A DNA stretch of 64,000 nucleotides from Gnetum montanum (lineage: Eukaryota; Plantae; Gnetophyta): contig MNCI01002402.1 of NCBI GenBank assembly GCA_015680685.1, positions 186,001 through 250,000 of the forward strand, in the 5' to 3' direction. The translations under genes were made by a program, and so were the position numbers. Below the pieces are notes generated by a model. That model was not told the origin of the DNA, did no database searches, and saw only the letters and a program-made list of their open reading frames with translations. The stretch's first letter is position 1; each line of letters starts with the position of its first letter. This document shows, in pieces, positions 63,619 through 64,000 of the stretch.

Positions 63619-64000
63619 TAAATATCCTAATCCATATGGATACTATGTTTGATAACCCATGTCTCCACATGACTATTCCAATCATGCATCATTCTAACAT
63701 TACTAATACCCTCTTGAGTATTACAATGCTCATTCTGCATCTTCAAGAGGGGAATCCCCATATCCTTATCACCCTTCTCATTATTCTATGCATATCCCTC
63801 CATCCTCAACCCAATTACCACCTGCTCCATCCATTCAAGGCAAAATTCTAGCCTAGTCATAGGAACATAACACTACCAAGGTTGTTAACTTATAGTCGAC
63901 TCCTCAACTGAGTGGTTTGAAACCTAAACCTAGAAAAATACCATTCTTCTAAACTATCAATCCTATAAAGCCCTCATAGACTCATGCAACTAATAACCTT

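Overview
No host gene is visible. The window is a nest of five decayed plant Ty3/Gypsy LTR retrotransposons of one Tat/Ogre-like family: tRNA-Asn-type PBS, LTRs TGAAACACC...CACTACA, and the order RT-RNaseH-archaeal RNaseH-integrase. The host element H (+, own sequence at 10720-11601, 17243-17882 and 55075-63618) carries three insertions, all on the - strand: E1 (<1-10719), E2 (11602-17242, TSD CTTAC) and A (17883-55074, TSD CTACT/TTATT). A in turn contains B (35557-52477, +). The family architecture is unusual. Gag-protease and RT-RH-aRH-INT are separated by 5.4-7 kb that holds an antisense 8-exon gene of about 1080 aa with its own TATA box and conserved GT-AG introns, seen in four copies. The protein has a PMD/plant-transposon-protein-like core, an acidic linker and a coiled coil. 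The RT-INT frame begins with its own conserved ATG just after a splice acceptor. TAAACTAGCA tandem arrays bracket the cassette and follow integrase. Subfamily-specific CpG-centred motifs are scattered over the LTRs, 5' UTR and the accessory-gene promoter and first intron. All ORFs are pseudogenised, mostly by C-to-T/G-to-A changes. All coordinates were read by eye, and the functional interpretations are inference.
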